In this document: positions 21,306-30,921 of the stretch, piece after piece | Layout: each line of letters begins with the position of its first letter | Numbering within the stretch: position 1 is the stretch's first letter | DNA from: Patescibacteria group bacterium | GTDB lineage: Bacteria; Patescibacteriota; Patescibacteriia; JACRDY01 | DNA length: 64,000 bases | Reading direction: 5' to 3' | NCBI GenBank assembly: GCA_041653535.1 | Contig: JBAZFH010000001.1 | Coordinates: 86,175-150,174, forward strand | Program-made: the position numbers and the translations under genes | Notes under the pieces: model-generated | Databases searched by the model: none | The model's input: only the letters and a program-made list of their open reading frames with translations | What the model was told of the DNA's origin: nothing

Positions 21306-21848
21306 TTATTTTTTTACTACAATGACATTTATTTTGTCGCCTTGCTGAGTAATGGGTTGTTCAATGTTAATATCTTCTCCCAGCCCTTTGACAAAGTTAT
21401 TTAAATTTTCTCTGGCTTGATTGCGATATTGTTTCTCCCTGCCTTTAAGCGTTATTTCTATTTTTACCTTATCGTTGTTGTCTAAAAATTTTTTGGCTTG
21501 CATGACGCGGATTTCGGTATCATGTTCGCTGATTCGTAGAGAGAGACGAATACCTTTGACTTCGACTGATTTTTGTTTAGCTTTTTGCGCTTTGGCTTCT
21601 TTTTCTTTTTGGTATTTAAAAGATTTAAAATCCATTATACGACAGACAGGGGGGTCGGCTTTTGGGGAGACTTCCACTAAATCTAGCTCTGCTTCTTGCG
21701 CAAGGCGTAAAGCTTCTTGTGTACTAACAACTCCAACCATTGCGCTATTTTCATCAATCAGCCTGACTTGGGGTACGCGGATTCTTTCATTAACTAAAAA
21801 AACTGGGACTAATAATTTTTCCGGTCTTTTTTTGTAACTTTTTCGCAT
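21306..21848 (-). CDS. infC: Translation initiation factor IF-3
   Basis: 'INERIRVPQVRLIDENS...LDLVEVSP...PVCRIMDF' and a C-terminal domain. The true (possibly non-ATG) start is uncertain. Confidence 0.9.
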   Translation of the reverse strand: MRKSYKKRPEKLLVPVFLVNERIRVPQVRLIDENSAMVGVVSTQEALRLAQEAELDLVEVSPKADPPVCRIMDFKSFKYQKEKEAKAQKAKQKSVEVKGIRLSLRISEHDTEIRVMQAKKFLDNNDKVKIEITLKGREKQYRNQARENLNNFVKGLGEDINIEQPITQQGDKINVIVVKK

Positions 21849-22100
21849 TGTTTTGAAATTTAGAAACTAGAAGTTAAGAAATTGGAAATTAGAATATCTT
21901 TGACCGCGCCATTCGTAGCGCAGCTCCAATTAACATTACAAATTTTTGATAATTATCGCCCTTCTTCGCCAAGGCTTCGAAGGGCATTCTTCGCTGTGCG
22001 AATAATGGTGGAGATGGCGGGAGTTGTGTCCCTACGGGACATCCCCCGAAGGGGGAAACCCGCATATCCGAAACCGTTTTTTTGGATCAACGTTTATCTA

Positions 22101-22498
22101 TGGTGGAGATGGCGGGAGTTGAACCCGCGTCCAGAAAGACAAAGCCATTTAATCTACAAGTTTAGTTTGTTTAATTTTTTTTCGGCGAACAAGGTAATAA
22201 ACAAACAAAATCCTTTTTCGCTATAGCCTTTAGTCTCGTAGCTTTCCTAGGCAAAAAAACTACCAGCCCGAAATATAACACCGGTGGAGCCCCTATCGGG
22301 TGTCAGGGAACCGATGGACTGGTGCTTTAAGCAGCAGTCAAAGCAAAAGCCGGAACGGCAAAAGCTTGCGCTAATGCGTTTTTGGCCTTGTTAAATAAGT
22401 TTGCACTTATAATTTTCTAGAATGGTTTAATGAGACAATCTAGAATGCTCAACCTGCTAAATAACGTTGTAACCTTCCTGTCGAAGCCCAGCATCCCC
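22101..22498 (-). ncRNA. ssrA: tmRNA (SsrA)
   Basis: Minus strand 5' 'GGGGATGCTGGGCTTCGAC' and 3' 'GCGGGTTCAACTCCCGCCATCTCCACCA' form the tRNA-like domain. The internal tag ORF ends '...AFALTAA-TAA'. Adjacent to smpB. GC-rich relative to the genome. Confidence 0.8.
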
Positions 22499-22549
22499 CC
22501 ACACCAACAGCAGCTTTTGCCGGAGTTAGGGTTGGTGTAGGGGCAAGCT

Positions 22550-23011
22550 TTATTTATATTTCAATTGCCTGCGGACGTCGCGGTCGATATCACGTTTTTT
22601 GATGGTTTCTTTTTTGTCAAACTTCTTTTTACCTTTAACTAAAGCAATTTCCACTTTAATTTTAGTGCCCCTAGTATACACTTTAAGGGGGATTAATGTC
22701 AAGCCTTTTTGGGCAATTTGACCATAAATTGAGCTAATTTCCTTTTGGTGGAGTATCAGACTTCTGGTTCGGTCGGGTTTATAAGTCGGCAAGGGTCCGG
22801 CTTTTGTGTATTTGGAGATATGACAATTAAGCAAAGACACCTGAGGTTTAGTGGTTTTGGGGTCAATGGTTATAGTAACAAAAGATCCTCGCAACTTGAT
22901 TTGTTTAGCGCGAACGCTTTTGACCTCATGACCAAATAAAACGATACCTGCTTCCCAGGTTTTTAGCACTTCGTAATCAAATCTTCCTTTGTTATTTTCT
23001 GCTAATATCAT
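22550..23011 (-). CDS. smpB: SsrA-binding protein SmpB
   Basis: 'NKGRFDYEVLKTWEAGIVLFGHEVKS...GSFVTI', 153 aa. Confidence 0.95.
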   Translation of the reverse strand: MILAENNKGRFDYEVLKTWEAGIVLFGHEVKSVRAKQIKLRGSFVTITIDPKTTKPQVSLLNCHISKYTKAGPLPTYKPDRTRSLILHQKEISSIYGQIAQKGLTLIPLKVYTRGTKIKVEIALVKGKKKFDKKETIKKRDIDRDVRRQLKYK

Positions 23012-23125
23012 ACAAAAAGATTATATCAGTTAGGTGTTATAGTACAAGGATAAAGATAAAAGCGGGGATATTCTCCCCGCTGGTTTCGTGAATCGCGATC
23101 ACGGCAAATAAGATCGTTTGTCTTT

Positions 23126-23497
23126 TTACCAATCGTTTGCCAGACAGTAAATAAACGCCTGGCAATTATTTCGCGTTGTATCAGCGCAAGCGTATATACG
23201 AGACAATGGACTAAAGACCGGACTCTCTTGCTCACAAAGTGCAATTATTTCGTCAACACTTTGTCTGGTAAAGTCTCCGATCGGACAATTGTCGTACAGA
23301 TTGGTATAAAGAGGCTGGCAATAATCAATGTTCGCGGCAAAATTGATATAACCGTTAATCATTTTTTCCGGATTGGCTTTTTCCGCCGCACTTTTTTTAC
23401 TCCGATTGGTTTGAGAATTGAAGGCGAGTAGAAAATGAATTGCAATAAGAACAAAAACAAGAGTCAATATGGTGTTAAAATTAAATTCGACTTTCAT
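23126..23497 (-). CDS. Hypothetical small secreted Cys-containing protein
   Basis: Signal-peptide-like 'ILTLVFVLIAIHFLLAF' and 6 Cys in the mature part. Confidence 0.35.
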   Translation of the reverse strand: MKVEFNFNTILTLVFVLIAIHFLLAFNSQTNRSKKSAAEKANPEKMINGYINFAANIDYCQPLYTNLYDNCPIGDFTRQSVDEIIALCEQESPVFSPLSRIYACADTTRNNCQAFIYCLANDW

Positions 23498-23612
23498 TTT
23501 TGCCCTTCCTTTGCCGTTTGTTTAAGTACAATTATCTAAATGTAATAAAACCATAATTTTTTGTCAACCACTTTGTCTTTTACCCTATAATAGGTTATAA
23601 TGTAATCAGTTT

Positions 23613-24665
23613 ATGTCAAAACCAGTAAAGGTTACAATATCTACAATTTCCCTTTTGAAAGTAGTGGCAGTCGCTCTGGCGTTTTGGTTTTTGTATGACA
23701 TCAGGGCGGTTATCGCTATTTTGTTTGTGGCAATTATTTTAACTTCAGCCCTAGAGCCGACGGTCAGTTGGTTCGCTAAAAAAAAGATTCCCAGAATTTT
23801 TGGGGTTTTGGTTATTTATATTATTTTAGCGTCTTTTGTCAGCTCGTTGGTCATTTTGATTTTGCCTCCAGCCATTCATCAGATTCAGAATCTAGCGGCT
23901 GACTTTCCGGCTCATTGGTCTAAAATTTCTTCAAGTTTTTCTTTTTTGCAGGATTATTCAGATCGTTACAATGTTTCCGACGGGGTTCAGACGACATTGG
24001 ATCAATTAGAAAATTTTTTGACTCAACGCAGTAGCGGTCTTTTTGACACTTTGACTGGTATTTTCGGAGGAATATTCTCTTTTATTATTATTTTGGTATT
24101 AACCTTTTATTTGTTACTTGAAGAAAGCGCGGCTAAAAGAACTCTGCGTTTGGTTACTCCAGCTAAATATCAACCATATTTAACTCGCCTGCTTTTTCGG
24201 ATGCAAAATAAAATTGGTTTGTGGCTGCGAGGTCAGATAATTTTGTCTTTTATCGTCGGCATTATCGTTTTTATCGGTCTGAGTATATTTGGTATTTTTT
24301 ATCCGGTTTTTGGCAAGTATGCTTTGGTCTTGGCAATGCTGGCGTTTTTACTGGAATTTATACCTTATCTAGGACCAATACTTGCCGCCATTCCGGCTAT
24401 TTTTATTGGTCTAGCCCAATCACTGCCGTTGGCCGGATTTATTTTAGCTTTTTATTGTTTAATGCAATGGTCGGAAAACAATATTTTAGTTCCGCAGGTG
24501 ATGAAAAGAGCAGTCGGTCTTAATCCTATTATTGTTATTACAGCTTTAATGATTGGTGCTAAAATCGGCGGAATTATTGGTATGGTACTTGCCATTCCGG
24601 TAGCCACGGCAATAGCGGTATTAATGGAAGATATTTCCGGGCAATTTGACGAACAGGATGAATAG
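23613..24665 (+). CDS. AI-2E family transporter (PerM/UPF0118)
   Basis: 8 TM with conserved 'PYLGPILAAIPAIFIGL' and 'AVGLNPIIVITAL'. Confidence 0.75.
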   Translation: MSKPVKVTISTISLLKVVAVALAFWFLYDIRAVIAILFVAIILTSALEPTVSWFAKKKIPRIFGVLVIYIILASFVSSLVILILPPAIHQIQNLAADFPAHWSKISSSFSFLQDYSDRYNVSDGVQTTLDQLENFLTQRSSGLFDTLTGIFGGIFSFIIILVLTFYLLLEESAAKRTLRLVTPAKYQPYLTRLLFRMQNKIGLWLRGQIILSFIVGIIVFIGLSIFGIFYPVFGKYALVLAMLAFLLEFIPYLGPILAAIPAIFIGLAQSLPLAGFILAFYCLMQWSENNILVPQVMKRAVGLNPIIVITALMIGAKIGGIIGMVLAIPVATAIAVLMEDISGQFDEQDE

Positions 24666-24694
24666 CGGTAATCAATAAACTAAAACGATAAAAT

Positions 24695-25159
24695 ATGAAA
24701 AAAGAAAAAATTGTTTTCGTGTCGATCGTGGTTTTGGTTACTGTTATTATTACCGGTATTGTTGTATACAAGGTAAATAATAGCGATCGTTTTACTACAG
24801 CCGACAAAACTGGAGACAAAAGAGAAATGATTAATCCGGCGGTACAAAAAAAGATTCAAGGAGATTACGAGGTTGAGTTGCGCGCTATTTATAAAAAGTA
24901 TCAAGACAAATGGCAAGAGAGGGCTTTTGATGACAAAATTTTAACCGAACAAAAAAATGATTGGATCGAGTTTTTGGGAGAGGCTAAAAATCAAATCTTG
25001 GCGCTAACTGTACCTGGTCAATATCGCGAGCTACATTTAAATTTTGTTTTAGATATTGACGGATTACTGAACGGTTTTGAGCGTGGCGATGCAACGGCTA
25101 TAGTCGATTATAATAAAAAAATTAGCCAGCTAGCCGATACTTATAATTGGTTGAAATAA
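24695..25159 (+). CDS. Hypothetical membrane-anchored protein
   Basis: 154 aa with an N-terminal TM. Confidence 0.3.
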   Translation: MKKEKIVFVSIVVLVTVIITGIVVYKVNNSDRFTTADKTGDKREMINPAVQKKIQGDYEVELRAIYKKYQDKWQERAFDDKILTEQKNDWIEFLGEAKNQILALTVPGQYRELHLNFVLDIDGLLNGFERGDATAIVDYNKKISQLADTYNWLK

Positions 25160-25174
25160 AAACATAAAAAATTT

Positions 25175-25918
25175 ATGACCAGGGTGGAAAATAATTTTGG
25201 GAGCCAATCCGTTGATAGTAAAGAACTGCAGAAAATGATAAGAGAAGAGGCGGGTAGTTTGCGTCCAAAAGTGATTAAAAAGCGACCATTTTTTGGTTGC
25301 TGTAATTGTTTTGGTTTGGTTGTGGTTATTGTTTTAGTTGTTGCCGGCTACGGGGCGGCGGCTACCGCCAAAACGGGATTAATTAAAATTCCTGTTTTTT
25401 CTGATATTTTTTATAAGCAGCCGCAACCAGTCAGGGCAATCGAAATAGTCTCTGGTTTAACCTCTGTACCGGTAAACAGTTTGGTGTCTGGACAGGCGAA
25501 CAAAGATTTGATTTTTAAAGAAAATGATTTGTCCGCAATTTTAAATAATAGCTTGCAAGAGTTAAACAAGCAACAAAATAATTTGTTTTTTGATTCCGCG
25601 CAAGTGGCGATAGAAGAAGATAGAATTGAGGTTTTCGTAAAAATTCAAAAACCAAAAGAAATATATTTAACAATTGATTTTTTGCCTCAAGTAGAAGCAG
25701 GCAAACCCAAATTAAAAATTAAAGACTTAAAAATTGGTGTTTTGAAGATACCAACCAGTATTAGCAGTGTTTTTTTTGACCAGAAAATCAATGAAGAAGT
25801 GGAAAAAATATTTGGCAATTTACCGATAGTAATCAAAGAGGTTGTTTTGGAACGAGGTAAAATGATTATGAGGTTTGATATTGACCAGTCTAAATTAAAA
25901 AACGATGTTATCAAATAA
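25175..25918 (+). CDS. Hypothetical membrane-anchored protein
   Basis: 247 aa with one TM, 'CCNCFGLVVVIVLVV'. Confidence 0.3.
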   Translation: MTRVENNFGSQSVDSKELQKMIREEAGSLRPKVIKKRPFFGCCNCFGLVVVIVLVVAGYGAAATAKTGLIKIPVFSDIFYKQPQPVRAIEIVSGLTSVPVNSLVSGQANKDLIFKENDLSAILNNSLQELNKQQNNLFFDSAQVAIEEDRIEVFVKIQKPKEIYLTIDFLPQVEAGKPKLKIKDLKIGVLKIPTSISSVFFDQKINEEVEKIFGNLPIVIKEVVLERGKMIMRFDIDQSKLKNDVIK

Positions 25919-26708
25919 TTTGTTGTTAAAAAAAATGTCAGTTTTTCTGGCGCCATTGATCCTGATAATGGTTTGGGAAGTCTGGCTTTTGTATAGCCGT
26001 GCTGCCGTTGAAATAGGGATTTTGACTTGTTTGATAGTATTTTTTTCTGTTTGGTATTTGACTAATAGGTTCGTAGCAGTGAGTGAGCTGCAAAAATCTT
26101 TGCATTACAAAGAATTTTGGCGTTTTTTAATCACTCCCGGAGTTTTTATTTTGGCGGTGTATTTTTTTATAATGATTTTAGAAAGTGGTTTTTGGCAGCA
26201 GTTTATGGTATTTTTTGCTAATATTATCTTTCTTTTGATTTTGCAAAATCTTTTTGATCGTTTTTATCTTCCCGCTGGTTATCCGGCGCGATCATTTGAA
26301 AGTATTTCGGGGAATGTGAATATTATCAGCTTGTTTCTTTTTCTCACCGTTGCTTATAGTTTTATTGCTTTTTTAAACTTTTCGGTTTGGCTTTCGGCAA
26401 CATTTTTTTTATTTTTGGCAATCATGTTGATTTATCAGACAATGTGGATTTCTGGCATTACCGTGAAACAGAGTTGGCTATATTTGATCGTTATTGGTTT
26501 GTTGTTACTGGAAACATTTTGGTCTTTAGTTTTTTTACCAAACACTTATTACGTTAAAGCTTTGGTTATTTCCTTGGTTTATTATGCTTTGATTAATTTG
26601 GCGCGCAATCAGTTGATCGGATTATTAAACCGTAAAATGGTATTGCGGTATTTGTTAATCAGTGTTATTGTGCTGGGGCTTATTTGGGGTACCGCCCAAT
26701 GGTTATAA
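25905..26708 (+). CDS. Hypothetical polytopic membrane protein
   Basis: 267 aa, ~8 TM. Confidence 0.3.
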   Translation: MLSNNLLLKKMSVFLAPLILIMVWEVWLLYSRAAVEIGILTCLIVFFSVWYLTNRFVAVSELQKSLHYKEFWRFLITPGVFILAVYFFIMILESGFWQQFMVFFANIIFLLILQNLFDRFYLPAGYPARSFESISGNVNIISLFLFLTVAYSFIAFLNFSVWLSATFFLFLAIMLIYQTMWISGITVKQSWLYLIVIGLLLLETFWSLVFLPNTYYVKALVISLVYYALINLARNQLIGLLNRKMVLRYLLISVIVLGLIWGTAQWL

Positions 26709-26734
26709 TAATCAAATATTTTCAATAAATATAT

Positions 26735-27982
26735 ATGTGGAAAAAAATAATTCCTAATGACAAGAGTTTAAAGAGAACAATAGTTTTGAGTCTGGTCATA
26801 GCTTTGGTTTTTGGTTTGGCGGCGGGTATTGTTGGACAGATTTTTGCTCAAAAATTTATTTTTAATTATCTGGGGGAGAGCGATGAGTTGGTAAAACTAA
26901 ACAACAATTTTTACGATCTGCTTGCTAAATATAATTTTTTAAATCAGGAAAATAGCGATCAATCTTTAGAGATAGTTATTCGTCAATCGCAAAATAATCA
27001 GGAAGCAAATAGTGTCGCTCGGCAAGTAACAGTAGGTGGCTGGCTTGATGGCTTAAAACAAAGCACGGTCAATTTTTTTCAGTATCGGGAAGTATCTAGC
27101 AAAGACGTTTTACTCAGCGCTTATCGCAGTGAGGATAGCCTGGGTCGTGGAGTGATACTGACTAATGATGGTTGGATAATCACGACTAAACAAGTTTTAA
27201 GCAAAACTAAAGGTCAATATGTGGCGATCGGCGAAAAGGGAGATGTTTATGAGATAGAAAAAATAATTACCGATCCAATGACTCCCGTAGCCTTTGCAAA
27301 GGTGTCGGCAAGCAATTTGGTTGTTCTGGGTTTTGATAAAAAAATAAACGTTTCACCCGGGCAAACAGTTTTAGCTTTAGATAAAAATAAAGGTATCAAA
27401 ACTTCTTTACTGGAAAATATCAATTATCGAGCAAATAAAACTAATAAAGATTTAATAGAGAGCGCAGAAATTTTAGATAGCTATTATTTGCCTGAATCAG
27501 ATTTTGAAAAAGTCGCTTTAGGTGAAGCTGTTACTGATCAAAACGGTAAATTGATTGGTTTAGTTTATGCTTTGGACGGAGAGAATGTCGTTTTGCCGCT
27601 TTTAAATTTTAGTAATAAAATTGATGAAGCACTGAAAAATGGAAAAATATCACGCGTGAAAATAGGAATTAGTTATCTTGATTTAGGTCAGATGATGATC
27701 AATCCCGAAGTAGAAAAAAAATACCAAGGATTGCGTCGCGGAGTATTGGTTTATAAAAACATTTCCTTGGGAGCTATCGGAGTAGAAAAAGGCAGTCCGG
27801 CGCAAAAAGCTGGCCTGCAAATAGGTGATGTGATTTTGAAAGTTGAAGGAGAAGAAATAAATAGTGAAAATATATTTAGCCGCATGATTCAAGAGTATGG
27901 GGTTGGTACGGTTGTCGAGTTAACTGTTTGGCGAGAAGGGAGAGAAGAGAGGATAAATGTTACGCTTGAAGAATTTGTTTAA
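26735..27982 (+). CDS. HtrA-like trypsin-fold + PDZ domain protein, apparently lacking the catalytic Ser/His
   Basis: N-terminal TM. The 'GRGVILTNDGWIITTKQV' block is HtrA-like but has Q where His is expected. The 'GNSGGP' box is replaced by 'LGEAVTDQNGKLIGLVYA'. C-terminal PDZ 'GAIGVEKGSPAQKAGLQIGDVILKVEGEEI'. Confidence 0.5.
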   Translation: MWKKIIPNDKSLKRTIVLSLVIALVFGLAAGIVGQIFAQKFIFNYLGESDELVKLNNNFYDLLAKYNFLNQENSDQSLEIVIRQSQNNQEANSVARQVTVGGWLDGLKQSTVNFFQYREVSSKDVLLSAYRSEDSLGRGVILTNDGWIITTKQVLSKTKGQYVAIGEKGDVYEIEKIITDPMTPVAFAKVSASNLVVLGFDKKINVSPGQTVLALDKNKGIKTSLLENINYRANKTNKDLIESAEILDSYYLPESDFEKVALGEAVTDQNGKLIGLVYALDGENVVLPLLNFSNKIDEALKNGKISRVKIGISYLDLGQMMINPEVEKKYQGLRRGVLVYKNISLGAIGVEKGSPAQKAGLQIGDVILKVEGEEINSENIFSRMIQEYGVGTVVELTVWREGREERINVTLEEFV

Positions 27983-28008
27983 CATTTTGGCTTTATTTTT
28001 ATCTAAAA

Positions 28009-28037
28009 AGCAGTTCGAATATCGAGCTGTTTTTTTA
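28009..28037 (+). terminator. Rho-independent terminator
   Basis: 'agcagttcgaatatcgagctgt' hairpin followed by a T7 run. Confidence 0.5.
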
Positions 28038-28203
28038 TTGGTAAGATTAGCTTTATCTATTGACATAATGAATAAAATATGATAAGGTTGGATATTACAA
28101 TATTAAAAAGGAGAAATTGAGTGTTTTTAGCTATTTTTTTGTTTAATTTTAGAGATTTAAACACACAATATAAACAAGTCATTTTTTTGATGATTAATTT
28201 TTT

Positions 28204-29070
28204 ATGAACAATTTAACATATTTAAATATACTTAAAAATAAAGCCGGATTTATTCTCTCGGTAGTTTTGTTAATGGTGGTTATCGGTTTGACCGCGACTG
28301 TTTTTCAGCCTTTTAAATATCGCTCTACGGTTCAGGTATTAGTGATTGAGCAAGGTGAGGGGTCGGACGCTTATTCTGCTATTCGTTCAGCGGAAAAGAT
28401 GAGTAATAATCTTGCCTATCTGGTTTATTCCACTTCTTTTATGGATAAGGTTTTGCAGGGTGGTGTCGCAACAAAAGGGTTCTCCAATGATTTGTTTGCA
28501 CGTAAACAAGAATGGAAAAAAACCATCGTTACCAGGGTTGTTCCTGATACCGGTATTTTGAGCATTGATGTTTATCATACTGACAAAAACCAAACTGCTG
28601 CTTTAGCCGGTAGTATTGCCGCAGCTTTGTCTGGCGGAAGCGTTGAGTATACCGGTAATAGTAATATCGTGGTCAAAACCGTTGACCAACCGATTACTTC
28701 CAAATATCCGGTAAAACCGAATATTGCCTTAAATATTTTTACTTCGATTGCTTTAGGCTTGGTTTTATCCGTTGGTTATGTTTTATTCAGTTATAATCCG
28801 GAAAAAGAAGCACAGGCAGAAAAAATGATTTCTTTTGTTTCCAGTCCTTTAGAATATCCAGAGGTTAAAGAGAAAAACGAAACTGCCAGAAATTCGGAGG
28901 AAGAGACGGAGGCTCAATACATAAGTTTTAATGATGATTTTTCTTCTGCTCAGATTCCGGTATTAATCCCGGTGGAGACCGATAACCAGCCGATCGCAGT
29001 GACAGATGATGTATTGCGTGAAAAAGAGGAGTCGGACGCTTTTTATAAAATGTTATTTCCCGAAAAATAA
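28204..29070 (+). CDS. Polysaccharide chain-length determinant (Wzz/PCP-family-like) protein
   Basis: An N-terminal TM and a C-terminal TM flank a periplasmic-type domain, giving the typical PCP topology. Weak sequence-level similarity. Confidence 0.5.
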   Translation: MNNLTYLNILKNKAGFILSVVLLMVVIGLTATVFQPFKYRSTVQVLVIEQGEGSDAYSAIRSAEKMSNNLAYLVYSTSFMDKVLQGGVATKGFSNDLFARKQEWKKTIVTRVVPDTGILSIDVYHTDKNQTAALAGSIAAALSGGSVEYTGNSNIVVKTVDQPITSKYPVKPNIALNIFTSIALGLVLSVGYVLFSYNPEKEAQAEKMISFVSSPLEYPEVKEKNETARNSEEETEAQYISFNDDFSSAQIPVLIPVETDNQPIAVTDDVLREKEESDAFYKMLFPEK

Positions 29071-29220
29071 TTAATCATTGATAGCCGGTCCCGTCTGGAC
29101 GACGGGATCGTAATCAGTGCTTAAAGCGCTGGAAACGGTAAGAACTTTGAAAAAATAAATAAAATTTTATCGACCTACAACCACACCGGGGTGATCGCCC
29201 TGGAGAGAAGGGAGCTACGC

Positions 29221-30858
29221 ATGAAGAAGACGTATATGTTGTGGGCGGTCATCATGGTGGTGATCGCAATGTTTTTTTCGACGGCTTTTGCCGTCGATCA
29301 ACCCAGTAACTGGATTGATCAATCGTTGGTCGGAAAAAGGGTAGCGTTTTGCTACCAGTGCCTCGGCTTGGAAAGCAGGGTTGATGCCGGTACCAAGGAG
29401 CTAAAATTTACTGATGCCGGCTATCAGTTGGGCGAGGTGTTCCTCGTCCAAAGCGAGACAATTTTTATTCGCATGCCTGCGGCAGTTCCGGGCGGAGTTG
29501 ATGTGCCTGATTTATCCGGTCAAGCATGCGGTGAAAACCGTTGTTTGCCGGTCAAGACGGACAAAGCCGCCAGGTGCCTGTTTCTAACCAACCCGGAGGG
29601 GTCGGTCGCCGACAACGACGATGCTCAAGTGGCACTCGCCGAATGTTGGGCGGAAACAAAACGGCTGATCATGGAGAGTGATCAGCGCCTCGCTGCAGAT
29701 AAAACTGAAGAGCCCGTTCCTCTCCCGGAGGAAAAGGCGGCGACCAAGACGGCTAAGCCGTATCCCAGTTATCTGGGGTTGCCCCAGCATGCTAATAACT
29801 GGGTTATGGACGACGGTTTGTTGCCGTCACCGACTTCGACCAAGAATATGTGTGCTGCCGGCGAGACACCCGGTGTCTTAGGCACAGGCAGACATATTAA
29901 AGGCGGTCGTGTCGCGCAAGACGATTTGGATCGTCGACGCGTGGAAGCTATTGCGCCTCCGGACTGGGACGGTTCTTGGGCTATTGTGCCCAGAACAGTC
30001 GTTCCTGGCGCCGTCGCGGCGGCGACTTGGTGTTTACACCAAGACGAGTTGGTTGGTCCGGGACAAGCTACGAAAGTAGTTGCTGTTTCGCCTCCGGCAG
30101 CCGTTAAATCACCACCAGCCATTCCTAAAGTTCCACCTGTTATGACGGGCGGCGGTGATGGCGGTGGCGGTGATGGCAATGCCAAAAAGATCAAATTTGA
30201 AAAGGTTCTTTTTGATCTGCCTCCGGGTTCGGAGGAATGGTACTTTGATGTTGTCGAAAACGACGCGGAAGTCGTTGTGACGATGCACGTGGGAAAGCCC
30301 ACTGTTTCGCTTTGGGACAACTTCAAAGTGTCCCTTCGTCTGGAAGGCGGCTACGGCAATTACGGATCAGCGTACCGACCGATTAAGGGTTGGCACAAAG
30401 TCGATGAGCAAAAGCTCATCGATGAATCCGGAATGTTTGTTCCCGGGTTCGATGCTGATCTGATCTTGACTCATTTTCTGGAAATCGGAGCCGGGGCGAC
30501 CTTCCTTTACGCCTCGGAAAACCCCAGTACCCGTCAAACTGGATGGGGACTACTGGGCAACGTCCGATTTTATCCTTTTTCTTGGTGGGAGATTCGGGTT
30601 GGTCCGTTCGCGGATTTTCCCGGAATCGCTCGTCATAGTTATTGGCAAAACGGCGCTCGTACCGCTAACCGGTATGAATCGTCTGCCAATATTTATGGCG
30701 GATATGCCACTATGTCTTGGCGGCTTTACGCCGCGGATCGTTTTGCGGTGTTTCTTTCATTGCCGCAAGGATATCTCGGTCAGGACGAAAACGATGAAAT
30801 GCGTTGGCGGCTGGGCGGAGGGCTACACCTCCGCTTCGGCGGACCAGCGGCACAGTAA
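29221..30858 (+). CDS. Secreted hypothetical protein with a beta-barrel-like C-terminal half, encoded in the high-GC island
   Basis: Signal peptide 'MKKTYMLWAVIMVVIAMFFSTAFA'. The C-terminal 180 aa shows alternating hydrophobic residues typical of OM beta-strands. GC ~58%. Confidence 0.5.
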   Translation: MKKTYMLWAVIMVVIAMFFSTAFAVDQPSNWIDQSLVGKRVAFCYQCLGLESRVDAGTKELKFTDAGYQLGEVFLVQSETIFIRMPAAVPGGVDVPDLSGQACGENRCLPVKTDKAARCLFLTNPEGSVADNDDAQVALAECWAETKRLIMESDQRLAADKTEEPVPLPEEKAATKTAKPYPSYLGLPQHANNWVMDDGLLPSPTSTKNMCAAGETPGVLGTGRHIKGGRVAQDDLDRRRVEAIAPPDWDGSWAIVPRTVVPGAVAAATWCLHQDELVGPGQATKVVAVSPPAAVKSPPAIPKVPPVMTGGGDGGGGDGNAKKIKFEKVLFDLPPGSEEWYFDVVENDAEVVVTMHVGKPTVSLWDNFKVSLRLEGGYGNYGSAYRPIKGWHKVDEQKLIDESGMFVPGFDADLILTHFLEIGAGATFLYASENPSTRQTGWGLLGNVRFYPFSWWEIRVGPFADFPGIARHSYWQNGARTANRYESSANIYGGYATMSWRLYAADRFAVFLSLPQGYLGQDENDEMRWRLGGGLHLRFGGPAAQ

Positions 30859-30921
30859 ACAGTAAATCGGTGAGCGTCTCTATTTTGAGGCGCTCACCTC
30901 CAATCTTGAGGGAGTACGACA

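Noticed and set aside
22006-22121. Second tRNA-like gene (two-piece tmRNA or extra tRNA) formed by the duplicated 3' end
   Set aside because: Only the 3' 22 nt are duplicated. The upstream sequence does not form a T-arm or acceptor stem.
21882-22226. 114-aa + strand ORF
   Set aside because: It lies entirely over the tmRNA gene and its 3' flank. It is an artefact of the GC-rich RNA gene.
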